In this document: positions 1 through 9,976 of the stretch, piece after piece
How positions within the stretch are numbered: the first letter of the stretch is position 1
Layout: the number at the start of each line of letters is the position of its first letter
From: Trichomonas gallinae
Taxonomy: Eukaryota
Assembly: GCA_008369845.1 (NCBI GenBank)
Contig: MRSU01007023.1
Coordinates: forward strand, 1 to 46,109
Length of the DNA: 46,109 nt
Direction: 5' to 3'
Position numbers and translations under genes: made by a program
The notes under the pieces: generated by a model
Databases searched by the model: none
Seen by the model: only the letters and a program-made list of their open reading frames with translations
Told to the model about the DNA's origin: nothing

Positions 1-468
1 TTAAATTTCGATGCACCCCCTGATTAAAATTTTGACGTTTGTAAATTTACAATGTCATTTGTACACTGTCACTTTTCCAAGATATCTGACAATTTGACGT
101 TGTAAAATTTCCCTATTTGACAGCTAAAACAATACGAATTCTAAAGTTGGTAAGATACAAGCATTAGTGCCATAATCAAAGATTGATAAAAGTTTTGTAA
201 TCCAATCATTTTCAAATGAAGCTTCATACAGTCTTAATAAAATTAAAAACAGAATGATGTGAGAAATATGTAGATATATATTATCATTAGCAATAAAATA
301 AAAGGAAAAAAAAATCTTTGAAATATCAAAATTAAATCTAATAGTGATAAGCTCGGAGGATTTTGATGTGTGTATTTTAGATCTTATAGATAAGATTTGT
401 TAATTATGTTTATCATTGATAAGGAATATTTTACATATCATATCGGAATTGTAAACATATAAAATTTT

Positions 469-479
469 TGACATGTAAA
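469..479 (+). promoter_or_regulatory. TGACATGTAAA motif, copy 1
   Basis: Exact intergenic copy of the recurrent 11-mer. Confidence 0.5.
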
Positions 480-601
480 ATCTTATTTTATCAGTTTACT
501 TGCAATAAAAAAAATATGAGTTGAAGGAAGTAAGCGGATGATGTATGAACAATAGAAAGATGTTTATTTGGTATCAAAAATTAATTATAGAGTGAATGGT
601 C

Positions 602-940
602 TTACTTCTCATTTGATGGTTCTGGAGCAGCGCCGTTTGTGATAAACTCTTCGATTTCATCATCATCTCCCTTTTCTTGTTCTTCTTCGAATGGGTGTTT
701 AAGGCGATAGGCCATGCTGATAGCAGATAATACGCAAATTATGAAGTAAATAATAACGTTGATCCATAATGTCTTGCAATTTTCTTTGGGAGAATTTTTA
801 AGCTCGCCAAGATCGCCTTGTTTGTTGACTCCGAATAAAATAGCTAAAATGCCGAGCATGACGATAGCCCAAACACTGATAACAATGTAGCATGCAGAGC
901 AGCCAACACTGGTGTAGCACTTGACGCAGCAGTTAGTCAT
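602..940 (-). CDS. Small two-TM protein, RNase kappa (RNASEK) / V-ATPase V0 subunit f-like
   Basis: 112-aa ATG..TAA ORF. Cys-rich N-terminus, then TM1 CSACYIVISVWAIVMLGILAILF (cf. RNASEK CGIVLSAWGVIMLIMLGIFF) and TM2 NCKTLWINVIIYF (cf. NCFIAAGLY). Acidic tail. Confidence 0.7.
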   Translation of the reverse strand: MTNCCVKCYTSVGCSACYIVISVWAIVMLGILAILFGVNKQGDLGELKNSPKENCKTLWINVIIYFIICVLSAISMAYRLKHPFEEEQEKGDDDEIEEFITNGAAPEPSNEK

Positions 941-1271
941 TAAATGCTAATTATTCTATTTTGAAACGCCGATCAGAAGCTTTTCTCTGATCGTCAATAT
1001 TTGAATAGAAAATAATCGTCGATTCGTGTAAGACCCTAATTTTTTATGTCCATGAATTTTTTTAATTTGAGCTAAAAATAATCGTCATGCGACCCTCTAT
1101 TTTATTATATAACCTAACTTTATATAAAATAATGATTACTCTATGCACTTTACAGGAGATTATCTAACACTATAATAATTTCACTTTGCATTAATATATA
1201 TATGCGGTCAAAAACTTCTAGAAGAAGCGATTTATTTGAAATCGATTAGAATTTTGACAAATGTTCTATTC

Positions 1272-1282
1272 TGACATGTAAA
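1272..1282 (+). promoter_or_regulatory. TGACATGTAAA motif, copy 2
   Basis: Exact copy about 330 bp upstream of the RNASEK-like gene. Confidence 0.5.
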
Positions 1283-1544
1283 ATATACAAAATTCTAATG
1301 AATATGACAATATGTCGTGTAAAACAAAATCCTAATTTCTTGTAAATTTTTTGTATATATATCATATCACCATACTTTCACTTTTCTCAATATAATTATA
1401 AGCTAAATTTGCGATGTTAAATTGAAATAATTTATCTTCTTGAATTTGTGTTTTATTATTCTAAATTTGCCTGCAGGTCCATTATTTTGAAGGTGAAATA
1501 GAATTTTTTATATCATTGTACAAACACAACATTTTTTACTATAT

Positions 1545-2906
1545 TTAATATCTTCTGTGTGATGATCTTGACTCATCGTGATGATGGTGGTGATGATGAT
1601 GCGATCCATCACCAGAGCCGCTTGATGAAGTGCGCGATGAGCTGTGATGATGATGTCTGCTGGGCTCTTCGAGATCATTCTCACTAACCTGGCGGCCCAA
1701 ATATCTCTGTGATATTCCAGCAAGCTTCTTCGGCTCAGGTTTCCTTCTCTCTGGCTCGCGGCGTTTTTCTGTTTCGACGGACGTAGACCTTTTCGAGTAT
1801 GATTCTACCAGAGAAGGCCTGAATGCAGATGATGACTCAGAGCTATCCATTGTATAGATCCTTGACACACGCTCCAGCGGATCTTTGCGGCCCCTCTTGA
1901 CGATGGAGCCGTCTTTGTAGCGCCTTGTTGTCTTGTATGAGTTTTCTATTGATTTCTTTCTGGCAACTGGTCCACGTCTGAAGATTGAGTCGCTATCGAG
2001 TGTGGATGGAGTTCCATCGATTAGACCTTGAAGTTCGTCGATGGATGATGGCTCTGGATCGGAAGATTCCGAAAAATCTATTGTATTTGCCTTCCTTGGC
2101 TTGGATTCCTTAGATTTCATGAAAGGAGGCTTAGGAAGAGCTGAAGATCCAGGAATACCAATAGATCCAATGTTTCTCGAACGTGTTGGTGGTGGACCAA
2201 ATAATTGTTTCGATTCTTCTATCTTTTTAGCTGGTTTTGGAACTATATCTGGTATATCTAACGGTTCCAACTCTATTTCATCGACTACTTTCATATTTTG
2301 GAAGTTATTTCGTGTTGATTTTTGTGGAGTCTCATTCATAGGCGATGAACGCCTGTAGTTTGTAGAAATCTCTGTAATTGGTTTGTAGTTTGATGGCTGG
2401 TTTGGCCTTGATGGCGTTGGATTTGAAGATATTGATTGAACTTTCTGTGGTGATGTGAATGATGTATTTCTTCCAGGAATATCAAGATTTTGTATCATTG
2501 CCTTAGCAGATTCAACAGTAGATTTAGGCTGTGGCTGTGTAATTGTGATTTCTTGTTGCATTGTTTGACAGGGGTGTGAAATTAGATCATCAAAGTAAGT
2601 GTCTAGCTCATATCCATGACTGAAGCCTGTTTTAGATGGAATCTTGTTACATTCCAATTCAATTGTTTTAAGAGTTTGGAATAAGTTGTAGCGCTTGAGA
2701 AAAGCGACGATAATTTTCATTGATTGATCCCATGACTCTGTATTTTGGATATAAACTTGTTCTTTGAGGATAGAATTCTTTATATTATTGGATTTTTTTA
2801 CAGCTTCAGCTATATTTTTGTAGTACGAAGCGTGCAAAAAGTTCGTTCCTCCCTTTTGATCTATATCATATTTAGTTTTTCTGTTTACATAATCTTGAGA
2901 ATCCAT
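1545..2906 (-). CDS. LisH-motif protein (FOP/FOR20/OFD1-like N-terminus) with a long low-complexity region and His-rich tail
   Basis: The ORF track starts at a TTG (3005) overlapping the neighbouring gene. The likely real ATG is at 2906 (MDSQDY). LisH-like IIVAFLKRYNLFQTLKTIELE, then S/P/K-rich disordered sequence and His4 plus His8 runs. Confidence 0.65.
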   Translation of the reverse strand: MDSQDYVNRKTKYDIDQKGGTNFLHASYYKNIAEAVKKSNNIKNSILKEQVYIQNTESWDQSMKIIVAFLKRYNLFQTLKTIELECNKIPSKTGFSHGYELDTYFDDLISHPCQTMQQEITITQPQPKSTVESAKAMIQNLDIPGRNTSFTSPQKVQSISSNPTPSRPNQPSNYKPITEISTNYRRSSPMNETPQKSTRNNFQNMKVVDEIELEPLDIPDIVPKPAKKIEESKQLFGPPPTRSRNIGSIGIPGSSALPKPPFMKSKESKPRKANTIDFSESSDPEPSSIDELQGLIDGTPSTLDSDSIFRRGPVARKKSIENSYKTTRRYKDGSIVKRGRKDPLERVSRIYTMDSSESSSAFRPSLVESYSKRSTSVETEKRREPERRKPEPKKLAGISQRYLGRQVSENDLEEPSRHHHHSSSRTSSSGSGDGSHHHHHHHHDESRSSHRRY

Positions 2907-2983
2907 ATCAAATTTGATAACGCTTTTATCAAAAAAAAATAATTTACATGACAAAAATGACATGTAAAGTTTAATAGAAAACA
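2907..2983. promoter_or_regulatory. 77-bp bidirectional promoter with an inverted pair of TG(A/T)CATGTAAA motifs
   Basis: Divergent ATGs at 2906 and 2984. TTTACATGACA at 2943-2953 and TGACATGTAAA at 2958-2968. Confidence 0.7.
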
Positions 2984-3754
2984 ATGGATTTTGATTTACC
3001 GCCAATCAAAGCGGAAGATTGGTCCAAATGGGGTTTCATCGGTGAAGAGGAGCCAGGATATAATTATTCATGGATCCATCTTCAAGATGAGCTTAATTTT
3101 ATAGGAAATATTTCAACAATTCCGCATTGTTCGCTTTATTATTCATCAAGGAAGAAGTTTTTATTCTTAGTTCATTCTAAATATCACAGACGAACTCTTT
3201 GGGATATAACAGACTTAGAATTTTCATTCGATAAAAATTCAGAAAACTTTCTTATTCTAAATAAAGGAATTTCTTTGATGCACTTATTTAGTGCATCGAC
3301 AAACTTTATTCGTCTTCTTGTTAAAATACAGAAAATTCCAGTTGCATCATTCAAACAGCCTGAAATAGAGCGTAACGTACAATATGAATCAAAGAAAACG
3401 ACAGTTCTCGCCAAAGGTCCGTCTGCCTTTGTTGTTTCCAATAGAGAAACTGGTATTATTGCGGATATTAACGTGATTATTACGAGATCAGATGCAGAAA
3501 GAACAAGAATGAAAGGAAAACTATCTGTATCTGATTCTAAGATAGTAATAACGCCAAATGATGAATCAGAGGAAACTATTAGTTTAGACATTGCTGATAT
3601 CGAAAGTTTTCAAAAGGTTGCAATGCTTAGCATATTCTTTGTGTTCTATATGAAGGATGGAAGACGTTACGAAGTTAGTTTCATAGAAGTTCAAGAATCA
3701 GATATAGAATTTGTTTACCATTCTATTGATAGATTGTTCCATCTCAAGAAATAG
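2984..3754 (+). CDS. Hypothetical protein with a C-terminal PH/GRAM-like fold
   Basis: 256-aa ATG..TAG ORF. C-terminal GKLSVSDSKIVITP...ISLDIADIESFQK...FYMKDGRRYEVSF followed by a helix fits a PH-fold pattern. Confidence 0.6.
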   Translation: MDFDLPPIKAEDWSKWGFIGEEEPGYNYSWIHLQDELNFIGNISTIPHCSLYYSSRKKFLFLVHSKYHRRTLWDITDLEFSFDKNSENFLILNKGISLMHLFSASTNFIRLLVKIQKIPVASFKQPEIERNVQYESKKTTVLAKGPSAFVVSNRETGIIADINVIITRSDAERTRMKGKLSVSDSKIVITPNDESEETISLDIADIESFQKVAMLSIFFVFYMKDGRRYEVSFIEVQESDIEFVYHSIDRLFHLKK

Positions 3755-4200
3755 ATTGTTAAAATGTTTATTTATATATTAACTTAATGAAATGCTAACA
3801 TTTTTAATTTTATTTCAATTCTGCGGAGCTTATTTGATATCTAATGCAATCATTATAGGCTTGCGTTTATAAAAATTGACGATTATGTCATCATAGTCAT
3901 ATCTTCTTTGAATAGCAATTCAGTCGAATGATGTAAATCAACAGAAATCATGTGATTTTCAACAGTACCTAAGAACATCCATGTGAATAGATAGTTGGTG
4001 ATGTTGTATGCGCCATTTTTGGGTATCTATTTTGAAACATTATCAAAATTTCCTGAAATTATGCATGCATTCATATATCTCGTTGTGATCTTCATATTGT
4101 GTGTGATTAATCATGATAATCTTCAATAACAAGTTTAAAAAAGGGATTTTTTTAATTATCCCCTTAATTTTTTTGAAAGACCCTGCGAAATACAAAAAAA

Positions 4201-5745
4201 ATGTTGATGACTGAACATGAGATATCTTATATGCAGACCCACTGCAAAACACAGGCAAAAGACTTCACTGAAGATGAGAAAAAGCGAAGAACGCGTGATG
4301 GGCTTGTTTTGATTTATAATCATTTAACAACACTTGGATACCTAGGATCTGCTGAAAAACTGGCTCAGGAAGCAGGTATTGGTCCAGACAGATTTGAATT
4401 ATGCGATAATATCAGCTTTCAGCGAATGTTTGTCGATTTTGAAAAAGCGTATGAGAAACAATACGGAGTTAAACCAAAAATAGCGAAGCCTGTTCCAAAA
4501 GGAAAGAAAACGACACCAACTTCACTCGGAAATATATATGATTTACCTCAAGTTATCGAAAAAGCTAAAAATAACGCAGGAATTGATGGTCATCCACCGA
4601 AAGTTAAGAAATCTTCCAAACAAAGCGATTCTAAATCAGACAATAAGTCAGAAAAAGGTAAAAACGATCAACAAAATACAGATGATATTCTATCTATCAA
4701 CGCAACGCCAATTGTTGCACAGCCACCTAAGCCAAAGAATTCTAAGAAGGATGTTATAACAGATGAGACGCCATTGCCTGTTCCACCTGATGTTCAATTG
4801 ATGAAACCCGTTCCTCCTCAATTGCGAGCTGATTTTGGTGATCTAACAGATGTCATTGCTCGTGATATCTTCACAGCAAACACTGGAGTCACTTGGTCCG
4901 ATATCGTTGGATTAAATGGCGCAAAAAGAGTTCTCCGCGAAGCTGTTGTTATGCCACTTAAATTCCCCCAGCTCTTTGAAGGCAAGAAGCTCCTCAGGCC
5001 GTGGAAAGGAGTCCTCCTTCACGGTCCTCCTGGTACTGGTAAAACTTTGCTTGCGAAAGCTGTCGCTGGAGAGGGCACAACATTCTTCAATATCTCTGCA
5101 TCAACTGTTATATCTAAATGGAGAGGCGATTCAGAAAAATTAATTCGTGTATTATTCGAACTCGCGCGTTATCACGCTCCTTCCACTATTTTCATTGATG
5201 AAATGGACTCAATAATGAGTAAACGCTCATCAGAAGGCGAACACGAAGCTTCCAGAAGAATGAAGACAGAAATGTTGACGCAAATGGATGGTTTAGCGAA
5301 TTCTAATGCATTGGTATTCGTTTTAGCCGCTTCTAACTTCCCATTTGATCTAGATCCTGCCCTTTTGAGACGTCTCGAAAAAAGAATTTTAGTTCCTCTT
5401 CCTGACGAAGAAGCAAGAGAAAATCTGTTCAGAACAATGCTCACTGATGATGTTGCTGACCAATCTATTGACTTCGCTAGCTTCGCAAAGCGAACAGAGA
5501 ACTACAGCGGATCAGATATCAGACTCGTTTGCAAAGAAGCAGCAATGGAGCCTCTGAGAAGACTCATGGCATCACTGCAGGATAAATATGGCGATGCTTA
5601 CTTGGATGTTGCAACAGATGCTGATATTGTCCTAGATTTGGTCAATGAACAAGATTTGAATCTTGCGTTATCGAGAACCAAGCCATCTTTGATGTTCAAC
5701 ATGAAAAAGTATCAAGAATGGCAGGATAGCTTCGGTGTGGAGTGA
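4201..5745 (+). CDS. KATNAL2: Katanin p60 ATPase-containing subunit A-like 2 (microtubule-severing AAA ATPase)
   Basis: N-terminal LisH (LVLIYNHLTTLGYLGSAEKLAQEAG...FELCDN), PWKGVLLHGPPGTGKT Walker A, SKWRGDSEKL pore loop, IFIDEMD Walker B, EHEASRRMKTE, RRLEKRI arginine finger, terminal YQEWQDSFG. Confidence 0.92.
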   Translation: MLMTEHEISYMQTHCKTQAKDFTEDEKKRRTRDGLVLIYNHLTTLGYLGSAEKLAQEAGIGPDRFELCDNISFQRMFVDFEKAYEKQYGVKPKIAKPVPKGKKTTPTSLGNIYDLPQVIEKAKNNAGIDGHPPKVKKSSKQSDSKSDNKSEKGKNDQQNTDDILSINATPIVAQPPKPKNSKKDVITDETPLPVPPDVQLMKPVPPQLRADFGDLTDVIARDIFTANTGVTWSDIVGLNGAKRVLREAVVMPLKFPQLFEGKKLLRPWKGVLLHGPPGTGKTLLAKAVAGEGTTFFNISASTVISKWRGDSEKLIRVLFELARYHAPSTIFIDEMDSIMSKRSSEGEHEASRRMKTEMLTQMDGLANSNALVFVLAASNFPFDLDPALLRRLEKRILVPLPDEEARENLFRTMLTDDVADQSIDFASFAKRTENYSGSDIRLVCKEAAMEPLRRLMASLQDKYGDAYLDVATDADIVLDLVNEQDLNLALSRTKPSLMFNMKKYQEWQDSFGVE

Positions 5746-6256
5746 TTTTCATCTACAAATAAATTGTTTGTTAATATTATTTTTCTCAATTACCAATTGC
5801 TATTATATGATATAGTCTTTTTATAAGATTATATGACTAATGTTTGATAAAATTCCATAACACTTGATTCTTTGGTAGATATTTGAGATAATAATTATTA
5901 TGAAATACTCTTTTTATATTAATATTAGAGAAGTTTTTCAAGCACTACAATTTATTATTGTTTTTAAACAAGTTTGTGCAATAATCTGTTTGAAAAAATT
6001 ATTTAAAAAAGATGTCGAATTTGCATATCATAATGCATACATGGAAAGCGAGAGATTAATATTGCTACTAATTTTCATAGATCAAAATAAGATGTATTTT
6101 TCAATAAAATTAAAATTAAAAGTATATGATTTGCTGATCATTTGTATTAAATTTCCAATGTTGAAGTTAACATATATTAAAGCGTAGGGTCTTACATGCT
6201 GTTTAACATCCCAATTTAGAGAAACAATTAAAATTATGTTGTGTAAAATTTATTTT

Positions 6257-6267
6257 TGACATGTAAA
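6257..6267 (+). promoter_or_regulatory. TGACATGTAAA motif, copy 4
   Basis: Exact copy about 90 bp upstream of the Sec23/24-like ATG. Confidence 0.55.
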
Positions 6268-6358
6268 TTATGAATCCAAAAATATAAAACCTCGGCTAAT
6301 AATGAATATAGAATATTTCTCTATATACACTAAAAATCTTCGTTAAAATCATCAAAAA

Positions 6359-8062
6359 ATGCATGGTCGAAAGACTGAACCAGATGATTCGATGATACAA
6401 AACATAGTCTTTAAGTCTATGGAAGTTTATCCACTGTCTGGTGCGATAAATCCACTAATTATAACACCAGATCTTGATACAATCCTGAATTTACGCAATG
6501 TTCCAGAATATGATGAAAATTTCACGAAATGTTCAAGTTGTAATGCTTTTTTTAACGCATTTTCTCTTATTAGCGACCATCCATCTGTTTGGAAATGTTC
6601 TTTATGTGGAAAAGTTAATACTTTGCCACTAACTCCTTCAAATAGCTTCAATACGGGCTTCTCCCTAGCACAGAAATCTATTCCTTACAACAATGTTTTA
6701 TTTGATTATGTTGAAAAACCAAAAAATTACAAAGAAGAGAAAAATTGTTTTATTATCGCGATACAATCTTCTTTATCACACGAAATTATGGCCAAAATTG
6801 CTGAATCTATCGATGACAAGAGTGAAGACGACTACATTTTGATATTTTTCAACTATTATATTGAAGTTTTTGATTCAGTTTCAAAAACATTGAAAGCAAT
6901 CTATGCAACTTCAACAGACATGTTCTTACCCATAACTGTTGATCAAATGAAGATTAATGCAACTCAAGCTAAACAAATTATAAATTCTTACAAATATCAT
7001 GCAAGAAATGATTCAAACCTTTCGTCTCTTTCGCTATTCTTGAACGAGTTTTCCCTCAACGTTCCAACACGTGTCGCTTTATTCGCGCAGTGTCCATTTC
7101 CGACATTTTCGACAGAATTGCAGATTCCAGCATATGTCTGCATTATAGGCTTCTCTGATCAGAATCTCGGTCATGTCATCGGTTTTTGCTCAAAATTTGG
7201 ATCAAAATATGTTTATTTACCAGATTCTGACTTAACAAAGATATATTCGTTCGCAACGAGATGCTTTCGAGACAAAGTTGTTAAAGATTTATCCCTACAG
7301 TACTATTTGCCTAAAGAATCCAACAGAGATATACGATTATTCAAAGCTCGTAACGGTGTCGTTGCACGAACCAATTTTACTGGAGCTTTGCTCTCAATGA
7401 TTGTACAGACAGAAATATCGTGGACAGAAAAGAATGGGAAAAAAGTTATTCGTGTTATTACAATGAAAGTACGACTTTCGTTCGATTCAAAGGTATATAG
7501 GACTGCAACATTTAAATTCCCGTTCAGATGTGTTTTCGCTGCTTCTTCTTACATGATTGAAGAAATTAATAAATGTTTAGACGATCAGAAACTGTTCCAA
7601 ATTCGTGCAAAGATATTAGAAATAGCATATAAATATCCACTCGAAATCCTTTTCAAGGAGTTTGTGTTTGGATTATTTAGATCAAGATTAATTGATGAAA
7701 AAACTGAACATTCTACGCGTATTGGCATTGGTAAGATGCTTGTTACTCTGCCAGCACCTAATATTTTCCTCTATTTTGTTCCATTAGATTATGTTAATGG
7801 AAAAGTTGAGCCAGCAGTTCCTGTGCCTCATAAAAATGCTATTGCAAGGATCTCTTATCAGGTTTTGTACATTAAAGATACAGTTGAAGATCCAAAATCA
7901 GTTGTTGAAGAGATTGCAAAGAAAATGGATCTAATTTATATCGATGTAATTATCAAAGTTGTCTCTGAGCTCCCATCTGTCAAAGATTTCTCAAAAGAGT
8001 TCAAATCTTGGAGTGAAAATTGGGACAAGAATGTTTTAAGATTTAACGTGAAGCCATATTAA
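6359..8062 (+). CDS. Divergent Sec23/Sec24-family protein (zinc finger plus trunk-like domain)
   Basis: 567-aa ORF. KCSSCNAFFNAF...WKCSLCGKVN matches the Sec23/24 zinc finger. VQTEISWTEKNGKKVIRVITM resembles the Sec23/24 beta-sandwich end. Confidence 0.7.
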   Translation: MHGRKTEPDDSMIQNIVFKSMEVYPLSGAINPLIITPDLDTILNLRNVPEYDENFTKCSSCNAFFNAFSLISDHPSVWKCSLCGKVNTLPLTPSNSFNTGFSLAQKSIPYNNVLFDYVEKPKNYKEEKNCFIIAIQSSLSHEIMAKIAESIDDKSEDDYILIFFNYYIEVFDSVSKTLKAIYATSTDMFLPITVDQMKINATQAKQIINSYKYHARNDSNLSSLSLFLNEFSLNVPTRVALFAQCPFPTFSTELQIPAYVCIIGFSDQNLGHVIGFCSKFGSKYVYLPDSDLTKIYSFATRCFRDKVVKDLSLQYYLPKESNRDIRLFKARNGVVARTNFTGALLSMIVQTEISWTEKNGKKVIRVITMKVRLSFDSKVYRTATFKFPFRCVFAASSYMIEEINKCLDDQKLFQIRAKILEIAYKYPLEILFKEFVFGLFRSRLIDEKTEHSTRIGIGKMLVTLPAPNIFLYFVPLDYVNGKVEPAVPVPHKNAIARISYQVLYIKDTVEDPKSVVEEIAKKMDLIYIDVIIKVVSELPSVKDFSKEFKSWSENWDKNVLRFNVKPY

Positions 8063-8187
8063 TATATAGGCTGTTTACGTTAATGATTTTGTTTGTAATA
8101 AAGTTTTATTTGTTTGATATTTTTTAATTTACAATAGTTTTTAAAAATATATACAGATTGATGTACAGATTTCTATTTATTGTATAT

Positions 8188-8910
8188 TTATTTGCCCTTT
8201 CTATGTGTGACTTCGTCATCTTTAGAAGAATCCTTAATTTTTCCTTCTTCTTTCTCATTTTTATGCTCATCAGCCTCCTCTTCTGATTCTTTCTTATCTT
8301 CCTTCTTTTCTTCTTCCTCTTCTGTTGATTTAGAATCTTTATCTTTCTTTTCATCTGTTTCGTCCTTCTTCTGTTGAGCTTTCCTTTCAGCAGCTATTTT
8401 AGCAGCCTGCTTCCTTGCAAAGTAGCTTTGAGCAAGATTATAAGCCTGATAAAAAACAACACCAACGCAAGACATAATTACGAACCACCACCCTTGTGAA
8501 ATTGCTCCTTCTGATGCCTTCCTGAGAATTATGGTCTCAGAGTTGCCATCTGAATATAAAATAACAATTTTCATAGAAGTATGAGATGAGAATGAAACGT
8601 GCATAATAGCATCATCTAACTGTATGTTTGTGGAGATAAGAGGCGGCGATGTCTGTGTGAAATTAAATTCATAAATATGATCATCGTATGTAATGTTACC
8701 TGAGATGTCAGTAAAGCTTAAATTGATTGCTATTTCTTTTCCTTCATAACTTGAAACGAGGCAATTCTTTATTGTGCGATATGTAATATTAAAGTCTAGA
8801 TTTTCGAAATTCTTTTGGTTTGTTGAGAACACAGATCCTCCTGTCCATCTTCCAAGCATGACATCGGCAATTGCTTTAGAAGAACTGAAAAGAACAAAGA
8901 AAGCAAACAT
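8188..8910 (-). CDS. Type I membrane protein (signal peptide, beta-rich luminal domain, TM, charged K/E/D tail)
   Basis: MFAFFVLFSSS leader, N-glycosylation sequons (NIT, NLS, NFT), TM WWFVIMSCVGVVFY, KE-rich tail. AAAGTGAC lies immediately upstream of the ATG. Confidence 0.8.
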   Translation of the reverse strand: MFAFFVLFSSSKAIADVMLGRWTGGSVFSTNQKNFENLDFNITYRTIKNCLVSSYEGKEIAINLSFTDISGNITYDDHIYEFNFTQTSPPLISTNIQLDDAIMHVSFSSHTSMKIVILYSDGNSETIILRKASEGAISQGWWFVIMSCVGVVFYQAYNLAQSYFARKQAAKIAAERKAQQKKDETDEKKDKDSKSTEEEEEKKEDKKESEEEADEHKNEKEEGKIKDSSKDDEVTHRKGK

Positions 8911-9017
8911 TTTGTCACTTTTTATTCATATTTTTTCATTGTCACTTTATTAAGAATTTGTTGTCACTTTTGAAATCGTCATTTTTTATTTGTAAAATTG
9001 TTACTTTTATAAAAATT
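8911..9017. promoter_or_regulatory. 107-bp bidirectional promoter with five TTGTCACTTT-like (Inr / AAAGTGAC) copies
   Basis: Exact copies at 8912, 8939 and 8961; variants at 8976 and 8998; between divergent ATGs 8910 and 9018. Confidence 0.75.
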
Positions 9018-9695
9018 ATGTTGCATTTTTTCTTTTATTATATTAATTGCTTTGATAGTAAAAGCACTCATTCGATATGCAAATTTCCGAATATGCATGC
9101 AGATGAAGCAGGAAATTGCGTCTGCAATCAAGGATATTATGGAGATCCAAATAATCCACAAATTGGATGCTGGACTTGTCCGAAAAAATGCCATAATCTT
9201 GCATTTTGTGCATATCCTGGTACATGTACATGCGCGCATGGCTTATATGGCAATGGCGTAACCTGCCAATTTCCAATTCCAAAATACTATACATTAGATA
9301 TCCCGAAAGTACTCAAAACAGGTGGATTTTACCTTCACATCCACGTTCCTCCAATTTTAGATTTTGAACCAACACATTTATATTGTCAAATCGGCAGCAA
9401 AGTGTTCGAATCATTCAAATATAACGATTCTATAGCAGAATTCATCATCCCAATGTATATTTACGGATATAATAATATAACCGTGTCATTCGACAGTATT
9501 AACTGGTCTCCGGATATGAAACGTTACTACTTCCAAAAAACATACAACGAACAATTCATTCAAGAAAGTATTCCGTTTGTTTTAGCACTTTTGGTTGTTG
9601 TTACGATTGGAACTTGCCTTCTTCATGGAAAGAATGCAATTTTCGAGAAAGAAGAGGAAATTTTGCTTCCTCACAAAGCAGATATAATAGAATAA
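9018..9695 (+). CDS. EGF-like plus IPT/TIG-like single-pass membrane protein
   Basis: Likely ATG at 9018 (the track's start at 8958 is TTG). Leader MLHFFFYYINC, EGF-type CVCNQGYYGD and CTCAHGLYGNGVTC, TIG-like ITVSFDSINWS, TM IPFVLALLVVVTIGTCLL, tail EKEEEILL. Confidence 0.8.
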   Translation: MLHFFFYYINCFDSKSTHSICKFPNMHADEAGNCVCNQGYYGDPNNPQIGCWTCPKKCHNLAFCAYPGTCTCAHGLYGNGVTCQFPIPKYYTLDIPKVLKTGGFYLHIHVPPILDFEPTHLYCQIGSKVFESFKYNDSIAEFIIPMYIYGYNNITVSFDSINWSPDMKRYYFQKTYNEQFIQESIPFVLALLVVVTIGTCLLHGKNAIFEKEEEILLPHKADIIE

Positions 9696-9976
9696 ATTTG
9701 TTTGTATTTTATTGTAAATTTATCGGCTTTTTAAACATGAATAAACACTATATAGCAAAAATATATATGATTGATTCGAAAGAAATTCATGATTTTTTAT
9801 TTTGAAAATTCAATTCGATATAATATAAAAATTAGAGAATTTTAAAACATGAATTAATAGAATTTATCATGTATATATGTGGTTTCTATAAAAGAAAAAG
9901 AAATATTTCATGATTTGTGATTTTGATATAAAATATATAGAAATTCAATATTTTTAAGCTACATACAAACATTATA

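Noticed and set aside
5900..6187. 95-aa AT-rich ORF, and similar ORFs at 23276-23774
   Set aside because: Composition matches intergenic DNA (I/K/F/L/Y-rich) with no recognisable domain.
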